Shown here: in pieces, positions 18,542 to 27,144 of the stretch
How the letters are laid out: every line of letters starts with the position of its first letter
Position numbering within the stretch: position 1 is the first letter of the stretch
Source: a virus
Length of the DNA stretch: 64,000 nucleotides
Reading direction: 5' to 3' (one strand)
Virus record (IMG/VR): IMGVR_UViG_3300008952_000005
Span: 96,001 to 160,000 of that record
The notes under the pieces: model-generated
What the model saw: only the letters and a program-made list of their open reading frames with translations
Database searches by the model: none
What the model was told of the DNA's origin: nothing
Position numbers and translations under genes: made by a program

Positions 18542-20688
18542 TAATCCGTTTGTATTATAGTAATATTATTTTGTGTAGAGGAACTCCCTACGTCCACGTG
18601 TTGAGCTTCTGAATCTTGTAAAATCTGTATATCTGCTTCTTTACTTGTTTCAGTTTTTACATACGCTCTATGGCTATCATTATATCTATTTATGATTGTG
18701 TAGTCACCAGACGTTGAAGCAGTTGCGTTAAAGTCGTTATCTAACGTTGATACTCTTCCTGTAGAAGTAGTACTTGTTGACACACCACCGCTTGTTGTAG
18801 TTAAGGTTTGAGTTACATCTCCAGTAGAATAATTTAATGTTTCACCACTAGCAGTTACTTGCGTTTCTGAACCACTATTGTCTACCCATTCAGTACCACA
18901 ACTAGAGTTGGCATTGTCCCAATAGTATCCATAATTTAAACACTCTTCTTTATCATAACTTGCTAATAATAATTCTAATTCTGCGTCTATATCATAGTCA
19001 TCTTCGTAACCATATTCATCTTCCCAATTGGTCTCATCTGATTCATTATTGTAATCGTAACCTGTATACCACCAATCATATACTGCGTCCCAATATGTAT
19101 TCCAATCTGACCATTCCCAATCTGTTATGTACGTATTCTTTAAATCTTTCATCTTCCAAGGTTTAGGTTGATTTTCACACATTTTATAATTAGGATAACT
19201 TCCACACCAACCATATAATTTACCCCATATCTTTTTAGATTCTTTAGTCCAACTATCATTGGTTACTTTTAAAGTCCAGTCATCTTTGTACCACGAATTT
19301 AACCAATCAACATAGTCTTGGTTACACCAGTAGTCATCATAGCCATTGTACTCACAATAATTTTGTATAGTTAATGTTGGTGGACCGCCTGCCGCTTTGT
19401 ATTCTGCATTGTTATAATAGTCATCATCTAAAGCAAAATCTTCCCAAGTATATCCTTCAACTACATCTGCTTCTGTTTCATCTTTTGTATCTTCAACTAC
19501 GTTAACCTCTTCTTCTTCAACTGCCCAAGAAGTTAAACCATAATCTTCTAATAATTCATTATACTCATCATAGTATGCGTCCCAATCAACTGCGTCCCAA
19601 TCTACATCATCCCAATTAATAGTATCCCAAGTACAATCTGAACAACCAATGGCGTCAAAGTATGCTTGATCCATTTCTGCATACATTTTCTTTGCGTCAT
19701 CCCAATCCATAGTTTGTTCACCTTCGGCATCCCAAACTGAAATCTGATTATCTTCATCTATATAACCCCAATCTTTTAAATCTTCTTCCCAGGAATCATA
19801 ATAAGATGTATCAACTTCTTCTACTTCAACTAATGCTGTTTCTTCTGCTGACTTTGTTTCAACTATTGCGTCTGTTTCACCAACAGATAAATCTGTAGCG
19901 ACAATTGTATTACTATCTTCTACTACACTTGCTTCTTCATTAATTAATGCCTCTTCCATTGCCTGTGCTTCAGATTCTTCTTTAGACATTTCAGTTTTCA
20001 TATCTACATCACCAAAATGTTTTTGAGATTCATCTTTTATTTCTTCTTCAAATTCATTTAACTCAATAATATCTGACTTATTAGTTTCTATTTTTGGAGG
20101 TGTTGGTGCTAAATCATTTGATAAAACGGTTACTGAATTGTAAGCGTTAGTTATTGTTTGAGAACCTGCGTCATTGGATACAGTTACTTGTCCTACTACA
20201 CCAGAACTATCTGGCAACAAAGTAATAGTTGCTTCACCTGTAGATGTTACCGTTCCTGAAAAAGCAGTACCTTGTACTGTAATTGTGGCATTACCAGCAT
20301 TGATATTAACTTCACCACCTAAATTAGATATAGAACCTGATTCATATGTAAATGTACCAACATTAACCGATATGTTCATTGCAATTTCTATTGGTACAAC
20401 AGAAGTATCAAAAGCAAATTCATCAATAGTTAATTCTGTATTTGGTCCCATTGTAAATTTAGTTTTATCAACATATGATAAAATCATACCACCATCTTCT
20501 CCAGTTTGGAGAAAGTCATTCATCTGCAACTCATAACCCATTGAGGTATTTTGAGTTGAACCATCTCTTTCGTTCCAAGTCGTACCCATTTGACCTATGA
20601 CTTCGCCAACTTTTGGACCTGTTATTTGTGAGAAAACACTAGTACAAAAAAGTACCAGAAAAGATATTAAAAATAAAAACTTCTTCAT
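18541..20688 (-). CDS. secreted FecR-domain protein with long acidic Trp/Tyr-rich region
   Basis: signal peptide; LQMNDFLQTGEDGGMILSYVDKTKFTMGPNTELTID and ATITVQGTAF FecR pattern; D/E/W/Y-rich middle; beta-strand C-terminus. Confidence 0.75.
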   Translation of the reverse strand: MKKFLFLISFLVLFCTSVFSQITGPKVGEVIGQMGTTWNERDGSTQNTSMGYELQMNDFLQTGEDGGMILSYVDKTKFTMGPNTELTIDEFAFDTSVVPIEIAMNISVNVGTFTYESGSISNLGGEVNINAGNATITVQGTAFSGTVTSTGEATITLLPDSSGVVGQVTVSNDAGSQTITNAYNSVTVLSNDLAPTPPKIETNKSDIIELNEFEEEIKDESQKHFGDVDMKTEMSKEESEAQAMEEALINEEASVVEDSNTIVATDLSVGETDAIVETKSAEETALVEVEEVDTSYYDSWEEDLKDWGYIDEDNQISVWDAEGEQTMDWDDAKKMYAEMDQAYFDAIGCSDCTWDTINWDDVDWDAVDWDAYYDEYNELLEDYGLTSWAVEEEEVNVVEDTKDETEADVVEGYTWEDFALDDDYYNNAEYKAAGGPPTLTIQNYCEYNGYDDYWCNQDYVDWLNSWYKDDWTLKVTNDSWTKESKKIWGKLYGWCGSYPNYKMCENQPKPWKMKDLKNTYITDWEWSDWNTYWDAVYDWWYTGYDYNNESDETNWEDEYGYEDDYDIDAELELLLASYDKEECLNYGYYWDNANSSCGTEWVDNSGSETQVTASGETLNYSTGDVTQTLTTTSGGVSTSTTSTGRVSTLDNDFNATASTSGDYTIINRYNDSHRAYVKTETSKEADIQILQDSEAQHVDVGSSSTQNNITIIQTD

Positions 20689-21056
20689 TTCTTAAACACC
20701 TCATCTAAATCATTATAAAACGATTCTTTATCTGCATACCCTATTATTCTTACCAATTCTTTTCTACCATTCCATACAATAAATGTTGGTGTTCCTCTAA
20801 TAGGTTTAATTCTTCCTTCAGCATATGCCTCTTTAAACCATTTAGGTTGATTATATAAATTAATAATAACTAAAGGTAAATCTTCATACTCATAGTCAAC
20901 TCCTACCTCTTGTAAAAAGTTTTGACATATACCACACATAGGATTGTGTGCCATTAATAATTCATTTGCTTTCGCTGATGATATGCCTAATACTAATAAT
21001 ACAGTAACACAAATTATTATTGCCCATTTTTCCCAAGGGTTGTGAAATAGTTTCAT
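20685..21056 (-). CDS. exported thioredoxin-fold protein (SoxS-like)
   Basis: signal/TM segment, LLM...CGIC CxxC, GTPTFIVW cis-Pro loop, RIIGY. Confidence 0.7.
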   Translation of the reverse strand: MKLFHNPWEKWAIIICVTVLLVLGISSAKANELLMAHNPMCGICQNFLQEVGVDYEYEDLPLVIINLYNQPKWFKEAYAEGRIKPIRGTPTFIVWNGRKELVRIIGYADKESFYNDLDEVFKK

Positions 21057-21184
21057 TTAAATTTCTTCTTCTTTTCTTTTCTTTTCCATTTTTCTGGATA
21101 GTAATTGTGGATTAGTGTACAGATTATGCCACCCGATAAACATATTGTACCAAATATTAAAAAGAAAGCAAAAAAACCTTTCAT
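21053..21184 (-). CDS. 43-aa membrane peptide with basic tail (not in ORF track)
   Basis: MKGFFAFFLIFGTICLSGGIICTLIHNYYPEKWKRKEKKKKFK; ATGA overlap with next gene. Confidence 0.5.
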   Translation of the reverse strand: MKGFFAFFLIFGTICLSGGIICTLIHNYYPEKWKRKEKKKKFK

Positions 21185-22276
21185 TTAACACCCATTAGAT
21201 ACTGTTGCTGTTACGTCTGCTGTTTGATTGTTTCTGTTATAAGAATAAGTACAAGTATATGATCCAGTTTGAGCAAAGTTTAATGTGTAATCGTAAATTG
21301 AATCACCTGTTATAGTAACCTTACCAGTATTACCACCACCTGTTTGAGCAAAATTTATTACTGTATCATCTGTATAAAGGAAAATTCTAGCAGTATTATT
21401 ACCGCCTGCCATATGTAATCTAATTGTATTACTATCGCCATTTATTATCGTTCTTAACCAATTGTTATCGCCAGATATTATAGCTGAGTCTCCATATGGG
21501 TCTGTATCAGCACTAGTATAACTAGAGTGAATATCTAAAAGATTTGAACTGCCTATAAAATCGTGTAGTTGATAGTTACCTGTACCATATGATGAAGTGT
21601 GTATTACATTTGAATTTCCTACTATGTAAATATCTGCACTTGCACCTTCACTACCTGAACTGTCTGCAAAATAACCGTGTGAAGAAGTTAGTGGACCAAT
21701 TGCTTTGTTAGAGTTTGTATTAAATCCTACTGAATCAGTTGTACTATACCACTCTACAGTATTACTATCACCGTTCATAAGAACATATAAGAAGTGATTA
21801 TCACCTCTATTCTGAACCCAAAATGTATTTGAGTCACCAACAATATCTAAATCAACATTGAAATTTGCTGAATCATCTGTCCAAGTATCATAGTCTACTA
21901 CATTTGAATTACCTGTAATAGTATGACCTAAATAATGACCTGTAGCATCCGTATCATCTATACCTAATCTTAATTTATTAGAATTACCAGTTGCTGTATA
22001 TAATAAAGTCATATCCTCACCATAAAAGTGTTGGTGACCAGAATAATCTGATACATTATTATTACCTATCTGATTTATAATGATTGTAATGTTCTCTCCA
22101 TTGACTTTAAATGGATATGTTGTTGAATAACCAACAGTATTACCTGTTCCATCTTGTTTTATAAAGATAGAACCATCGCTGTCTTGATTGTCTTGTTGAA
22201 TCCAAACTGAATTACCTGCTAGGCAATTACTCGTTAATGCTATTAGAGTCAACAGAATCATTATCATTTTTTTCAT
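21185..22276 (-). CDS. curlin-like (CsgA/CsgB-type) repeat protein
   Basis: signal peptide; more than ten x-I-x-Q/x-x-G-(N/D)-x-N repeats (IKQDGTGN, INQIGNNN, TITGNSN, IVGDSN, FAQTGGGN); directly downstream of csgG. Confidence 0.72.
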   Translation of the reverse strand: MKKMIMILLTLIALTSNCLAGNSVWIQQDNQDSDGSIFIKQDGTGNTVGYSTTYPFKVNGENITIIINQIGNNNVSDYSGHQHFYGEDMTLLYTATGNSNKLRLGIDDTDATGHYLGHTITGNSNVVDYDTWTDDSANFNVDLDIVGDSNTFWVQNRGDNHFLYVLMNGDSNTVEWYSTTDSVGFNTNSNKAIGPLTSSHGYFADSSGSEGASADIYIVGNSNVIHTSSYGTGNYQLHDFIGSSNLLDIHSSYTSADTDPYGDSAIISGDNNWLRTIINGDSNTIRLHMAGGNNTARIFLYTDDTVINFAQTGGGNTGKVTITGDSIYDYTLNFAQTGSYTCTYSYNRNNQTADVTATVSNGC

Positions 22277-23357
22277 CTACTTCCTCCCAGGCTTTCTCGT
22301 CTTCTATTTTTTCTTTTATCTTGTTTTTGTTTTCTTCTTTTTGAATTTCTTTTGTTTTAAGTGCTTCTAAATGTGCTAAATGTGCTTGATATTCGTCCCA
22401 AGTTTTAAACTTTGTTTTATTGGCTTTGTTATAATTTTTTACTTCAAGTTTTTGTGCTTTCTTTAATTCTTTTTTAGCTTTCTTTTCTTTCTTAAAATCT
22501 TCGTATGTTTTCTCTGGTTTTGCTTCGCCAATATCAACTGTTATTTCATCTGCTACTACTTTTAAATCTTCTGTTGGTACTATTTCCACTAGTTCAAATT
22601 CCCATAGTCCTTTTTCTGCACCTTCATTAATTAATTCTACTACACCTTTTTCTATTGCTTTTCTTACTGCATAAGTTACAGGTTCATTTCTTGCCACACC
22701 TGCTTCAATCTCTACTAACATTGTATCAGTATCTAAATATTTAAATATATCGCTGCCAGTTTCACCTGATATTATAGTCTTCTCAACAGTAAGTGATACC
22801 ACTACTTCACCTGTTTGTACATTAACAAGTCTTAATATAATTGTAACTACATCTTGTCGCCATTGTTTATGTGCTTGTATACCTAAAATTCTTGCACCAA
22901 AACCACCTGTCTTTACATCACTATCATAACCTACTATACCACCTGTTATATATGCACCTGCAAATAACAATGGTGGTAATGGTTCTGCACCTTCTCCATT
23001 AACTTGTTGTCTTGTAGAACGGATTAATTTTCTTTCTTGTAATAAACTTGGCAAACTTGCTCGTTCTACTATTCTAAACCATTTGCCATCACCTGCGTCT
23101 TGTAATGCTTTAATTAATAACTGATATGATCCTTGAGTTACTGCTGTACTCATAGACGCAAAGTTACCACCAGGTTTCTTTTGTCCTGTCATATCTAAAA
23201 AATCATATACTGCAATGATAATAGGATCGCCTTTAGGTAATTTCACTTCCGTTAATTCTTTATACAGAACAGGTTGAGACCTAACATCAAAGTCAGGTTT
23301 ACCAGCACAACTAACTAACAATAATGTTAGTAATAATATAACTATACTTCTAAACAT
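22227..23357 (-). CDS. csgG: curli secretion outer-membrane lipoprotein CsgG
   Basis: lipobox LVSC, IAVYDFLDMTGQKKP, STAVTQG, WFRIVER, LLQERKLIRSTR, GGIVGYD, LRLVNVQTGEVV; start moved to MFRS. Confidence 0.9.
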   Translation of the reverse strand: MFRSIVILLLTLLLVSCAGKPDFDVRSQPVLYKELTEVKLPKGDPIIIAVYDFLDMTGQKKPGGNFASMSTAVTQGSYQLLIKALQDAGDGKWFRIVERASLPSLLQERKLIRSTRQQVNGEGAEPLPPLLFAGAYITGGIVGYDSDVKTGGFGARILGIQAHKQWRQDVVTIILRLVNVQTGEVVVSLTVEKTIISGETGSDIFKYLDTDTMLVEIEAGVARNEPVTYAVRKAIEKGVVELINEGAEKGLWEFELVEIVPTEDLKVVADEITVDIGEAKPEKTYEDFKKEKKAKKELKKAQKLEVKNYNKANKTKFKTWDEYQAHLAHLEALKTKEIQKEENKNKIKEKIEDEKAWEEVDEKNDNDSVDSNSINE

Positions 23358-23821
23358 TATGAGTTGTCTTCTTTCGGCATTGTAAATGTTGTTACAGTTC
23401 CGTCGGTCTCCGTGACAGTTACGCTTACAGTATCGTTTGCTCCTGTAGTTGTTGTTGCCCAAGTTACTACTTCACCACCAACTGGTGATGTAAATGTACC
23501 AGAGTCTTGTTGTAGACCATCTGTACCAAAAACATTATCTGTAAGTTGTTTAGCAAGTGCTGTATAAAATCTTGATTCAACATTTGCTTTAAATTTTGCT
23601 ATTGCTGTTGCCTTGGCGTCTGCTATTACTTTATCTGCCGCCGCTTTATTCGCTGCCTTTATAGCATCCTTCCTAGTCTTCTCAATATTCTCTATCGTTA
23701 GATAATGTGAAGATTTACCTTGACCTGAAAATGATGGACTATGAAATTTAAAACTTAATTCACTTGCATAGGCACTAGGAACTAACAATAATACTGTTAA
23801 AATAATGGTTATTAATCGCAT
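23357..23821 (-). CDS. csgF: curli assembly protein CsgF-like
   Basis: signal peptide then SELSFKFHSPSFSG (cf. CsgF TMTFQFRNPNFGG); C-terminal VTVTETDGTVTTF; coupled to csgG. Confidence 0.8.
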   Translation of the reverse strand: MRLITIILTVLLLVPSAYASELSFKFHSPSFSGQGKSSHYLTIENIEKTRKDAIKAANKAAADKVIADAKATAIAKFKANVESRFYTALAKQLTDNVFGTDGLQQDSGTFTSPVGGEVVTWATTTTGANDTVSVTVTETDGTVTTFTMPKEDNS

Positions 23822-23844
23822 TTTCCTTCTCTCTTTGATGTATA

Positions 23845-23852
23845 TATTTATA
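23845..23852 (-). promoter_or_regulatory. T4-type late promoter for curli operon
   Basis: TATAAATA 24 nt upstream of the csgF start. Confidence 0.7.
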
Positions 23853-23862
23853 AGATATCTGT

Positions 23863-23870
23863 ACTAAATA
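23863..23870 (+). promoter_or_regulatory. possible late-promoter variant for the cyclase
   Basis: ACTAAATA 6 nt upstream of ATG 23877. Confidence 0.4.
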
Positions 23871-23876
23871 GTACGT

Positions 23877-25532
23877 ATGATTAAAATATTGACGAAAACG
23901 TGGGCAGTATATTTGACGTTGATTATATTACTTGGAATATATATATCAAATCCTATCTTGCTACAAACAGCAAAACTAAACACCTTTGATTTTTACCAAA
24001 CCTTTGGTAAGAATTATGAATCCAAAAGTTTAGTACTAGTAGACATATCAGACAAAGCATTAAAAAAGAATGGGCAATGGCCGTGGAAAAGAGATTTACT
24101 TGGTCGTGTCATAATCAATGCGTATAAAAATGGTGCCGCTCTTGTAGTTTTACAAGTAGTCTTCCCACATAAAGATAGATTAGGTGGTGATGAAATGTTT
24201 TTGAAAATGATACAAAAATATCCAGTCATACTTACTGAAACGGATGATGTAAAAAATCTACAAAGTATCTCACGTAAAGCATTAGCAATAGGTAACGTAA
24301 GTGTGCCAGTTGATATAGATGGCACTATAAGAAAACTACCTCTTGATAAATCCATACCTGATGTTATCTTAAAAGTTATCAATGCAAAAACTTTAGCAGA
24401 AGATACTATCTGGATTGATTTCAGACATCATATTCCTAGAATAGATTTTACTGATAAAGATTGGTCGTCTGTAAAAGGTAAAATAGTTTTCATAGGTACA
24501 ACATTCCAAGGTTCAACATTTGTTACTACTCCTAATGGATTAAAAAACACACACGAAATTATGGCAATCAGTACAGAAACTTTATTGTCAGGTAATTTTA
24601 TTAGTAGACCTTATTGGTTACCATATAGTGAATTTGCTTTTATACTATTAGGTGCTCTATTTTTTCTCATAGTTATACCTAGATGTGGTGTAATGTGGTC
24701 TGCGATATGGTTTGGTGGATACTTATTTGATTTAACACTTGCAAGTTCTTATCTATGGACGCAACACTTAATCATAACTGATTGGTTCAGTCCACTTGTA
24801 ATAGGGTCTGTAATATGGGGTCAGTTAACATACAATAACTATTCAAAAGAAAATAAATTAAGACTACAAATTAAGAAACAATTTGAACACTATCTATCTC
24901 CAGATATGGTTAAAAAACTACAAAAGAATCCATCACTATTAAAACTAGGTGGTGAAAGAAAAAAAATGACGTTTTTGTTTTCAGACATACGTGGCTTTAC
25001 TCCTATATCGGAATCTATGAAAGGTAATCCAGAAAAACTTACCAAGTATGTTAATAAGTTCTTGACTGTAATGACTGATATAATATTAAAAAATGGTGGA
25101 ACTATTGATAAGTATATGGGTGATTGTATAATGGCATTTTGGAACGCACCCCTAGACAATCCAAATCATCAAAGATTAGCAGTATTATCTGCATCCCAAA
25201 TGAAAAAAACAGTTGAAGAAATGAATAAGAGTAGAGAGTTTGACCCACCTTTAAAGATTGGTATAGGTATCAATACTGGTGAGTGTCTTGTAGGTAATAT
25301 GGGGTCTGAACAACGTTTTGATTATTCTGTTATTGGTGACGCTGTTAATTTGGCAAGTAGATTGGAAGGTAAAAGTAAAGATTTTGATACTACAATAGTA
25401 ATATCTCAACATACTGCTGAAGGTATTGACTTTGTTCCATTGGCAAGACCAGATGGATTTAAATTCTATAAACTAGGTATCTCTACTGTAAAAGGTAAAA
25501 AAGAAAAGGTTAATTGTTTTTCTATTAAATAA
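23877..25532 (+). CDS. CHASE2-domain class III adenylate cyclase
   Basis: N-terminal TM, CHASE2-like LVDISDKAL..GQWPWKR and DIDGTIR, three further TMs, FSDIRGFT, IDKYMGDCIMAFWNAP, GNMGSEQRFDYSVIGDAVNLASRLE. Confidence 0.92.
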   Translation: MIKILTKTWAVYLTLIILLGIYISNPILLQTAKLNTFDFYQTFGKNYESKSLVLVDISDKALKKNGQWPWKRDLLGRVIINAYKNGAALVVLQVVFPHKDRLGGDEMFLKMIQKYPVILTETDDVKNLQSISRKALAIGNVSVPVDIDGTIRKLPLDKSIPDVILKVINAKTLAEDTIWIDFRHHIPRIDFTDKDWSSVKGKIVFIGTTFQGSTFVTTPNGLKNTHEIMAISTETLLSGNFISRPYWLPYSEFAFILLGALFFLIVIPRCGVMWSAIWFGGYLFDLTLASSYLWTQHLIITDWFSPLVIGSVIWGQLTYNNYSKENKLRLQIKKQFEHYLSPDMVKKLQKNPSLLKLGGERKKMTFLFSDIRGFTPISESMKGNPEKLTKYVNKFLTVMTDIILKNGGTIDKYMGDCIMAFWNAPLDNPNHQRLAVLSASQMKKTVEEMNKSREFDPPLKIGIGINTGECLVGNMGSEQRFDYSVIGDAVNLASRLEGKSKDFDTTIVISQHTAEGIDFVPLARPDGFKFYKLGISTVKGKKEKVNCFSIK

Positions 25533-25614
25533 ATGCTATTATTAAATAGCAACTTAACCCTATAACTATTCCCAATACTGCAACAACACCTGCTAAGGTA
25601 TATATTGTCTTCAT
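25525..25614 (-). CDS. 29-aa hydrophobic peptide (not in ORF track)
   Basis: MKTIYTLAGVVAVLGIVIGLSCYLIIAFI; ATGA overlap. Confidence 0.4.
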   Translation of the reverse strand: MKTIYTLAGVVAVLGIVIGLSCYLIIAFI

Positions 25615-25775
25615 TTTTTGTCTGTTAACTTATTAATAAGTTCAAACGCTACTTTAACTTTCTCTTCCAACACTTTAATTCTATAGTGTGATTGTGCTAA
25701 AGTAACTATCAATAACACAAATGCTACTAGCATTGGCCAAAGTCTACTCAACATTAATACTGCTTCACTATCCAT
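25611..25775 (-). CDS. 54-aa membrane protein (not in ORF track)
   Basis: MDSEAVLMLSRLWPMLVAFVLLIVTLAQSHYRIKVLEEKVK...; TAATG overlap. Confidence 0.55.
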   Translation of the reverse strand: MDSEAVLMLSRLWPMLVAFVLLIVTLAQSHYRIKVLEEKVKVAFELINKLTDKK

Positions 25776-25960
25776 TACTGTACTATTTCATCTCCTGTTT
25801 TAACATTGGGTCTTGGTTTCTCACAAACTGAACAATCACATTTACTACAAATAATCGTTACCGTTTTTTGATTTCGTAATCCATCTGGACTAGAAGTAGT
25901 ATACTCCATTAACTTTTCAGGACAATGAGCTTCCCTACCACAATTCTTACACTTTTCCAT
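25775..25960 (-). CDS. small Cys-rich protein
   Basis: CKNC..HC...CSKCDCSVC. Confidence 0.6.
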   Translation of the reverse strand: MEKCKNCGREAHCPEKLMEYTTSSPDGLRNQKTVTIICSKCDCSVCEKPRPNVKTGDEIVQ

Positions 25961-26136
25961 TACTTTTGTCTGTTAATTGTTTTCTTAACTAAATCAACAG
26001 TACTTTTACTAATATCTTTAGTCTTTGTTAATAAATTTCCACCAAGGTTTATTATTTTTGTTCTAGGTGTTATCTTTTCTTGTACAATCTTTTTTGTTTT
26101 TGGATCATACTTTTGCTGTAAAAATTCCATTACCAT
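25960..26136 (-). CDS. 58-aa basic protein (not in ORF track)
   Basis: MVMEFLQQKYDPKTKKIVQEK...; TAATG overlaps at both ends. Confidence 0.5.
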   Translation of the reverse strand: MVMEFLQQKYDPKTKKIVQEKITPRTKIINLGGNLLTKTKDISKSTVDLVKKTINRQK

Positions 26137-26507
26137 TATTCCTTCTCCTTTTCTTTTTTCTTATCATCTGGTTCATAATATTCTTTATACTGGTCAAGTA
26201 AATCATTAGTGTGTTTCAAGTGTGCTCTTATTTGAGCAAAGTTTTTTGCAATTAATTGAAAGTCCTTATCACTCAATCCAAATAGTACTGGATCAAGTCC
26301 TTCTGCTTCCATCTTTTGGAATACTTCTTCTGCATTGTCAGAAGTAATTATAATCCACCTCAACTTTTCAAGTTCAGGCATAGTTGGTTTAACTAAATCT
26401 AATTTCTGTCTAGGTTCTTCTAACTTAAATATTTTAAGTTGTTTCTCACCGATTGAGCAACCAGTAAGTATTAGAACAGCAATGATACTAATTATTATAC
26501 GGTACAT
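26136..26507 (-). CDS. lipoprotein, putative o-spanin (Rz1-like)
   Basis: lipobox LTGC; start overlaps end of the upstream TM-coiled-coil gene. Confidence 0.6.
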   Translation of the reverse strand: MYRIIISIIAVLILTGCSIGEKQLKIFKLEEPRQKLDLVKPTMPELEKLRWIIITSDNAEEVFQKMEAEGLDPVLFGLSDKDFQLIAKNFAQIRAHLKHTNDLLDQYKEYYEPDDKKKEKEKE

Positions 26508-26964
26508 ATGATGGATTTGCTATGGATGGGCACTCCCTATTAATTTCTGATTTTTTGGTTGCGTTCTTCTCTTGTTCGGTAAGTGGTGAACCACCTGCTA
26601 TCTCTACACAACGAATAGCTTTATCACTTGCACCGTTAATAATTCTTTGTATTGTTTCTGTTTTTTCTATGGCGAGTTTACCAAAGTCACGACCTTTTTT
26701 ATTAAATCTTTTATCTAAATCATCTAAATCTTTTTTAAGAGCTGAAACAAGTTCGTTCATCTTGTTGTTTGCTTTTAAAATTTCTTTAAAGTCTTCTTGT
26801 TGCTTAGCAATGAGTTCCTTTTGAGAACTCACTGCTTCTTCCAATTTGATTTGATTCGCTTTTAAAATGGCATTATCGGATCGTAACTTCATTACATACA
26901 TACCTGCACCTGCAAGTCCTGTAATCATCACAACTACCATCGCCATTTTTAAATAACCAAACAT
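26488..26964 (-). CDS. putative i-spanin (Rz-like)
   Basis: single N-terminal TM, long coiled coil, two C-terminal Cys. Confidence 0.6.
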   Translation of the reverse strand: MFGYLKMAMVVVMITGLAGAGMYVMKLRSDNAILKANQIKLEEAVSSQKELIAKQQEDFKEILKANNKMNELVSALKKDLDDLDKRFNKKGRDFGKLAIEKTETIQRIINGASDKAIRCVEIAGGSPLTEQEKNATKKSEINRECPSIANPSYVPYNN

Positions 26965-26970
26965 AACTTT

Positions 26971-27129
26971 CTAGTCTTTCTTTAGAACTGCCCAAGCTCC
27001 GTAAGCAATTGCCGCCCAAGCAGCAATTTTAGCAACTGGACTGAAAAACAAAACTACAACGCCTAATCCTATTAATACTCCACCGTGTAATGATGTTAGT
27101 TCTTTTAGTCTTCCTGTTATAAAACCCAT
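26971..27129 (-). CDS. 52-aa two-TM protein, holin candidate (not in ORF track)
   Basis: MGFITGRLKELTSLHGGVLIGLGVVVLFFSPVAKIAAWAAIAYGAWAVLKKD with GGAG SD. Confidence 0.55.
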   Translation of the reverse strand: MGFITGRLKELTSLHGGVLIGLGVVVLFFSPVAKIAAWAAIAYGAWAVLKKD

Positions 27130-27144
27130 ATTGGTTCTCCTTTT

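Noticed and set aside
20685-21056. Sulfur-oxidation auxiliary gene interpretation of the SoxS-like protein
   Set aside because: No other sox genes; the thioredoxin fold is generic
18541-25532. Curli/cyclase block as host chromosomal contamination or chimera
   Set aside because: It is coupled to phage-type genes, driven by a T4 late promoter, and looks similar in composition to its flanks
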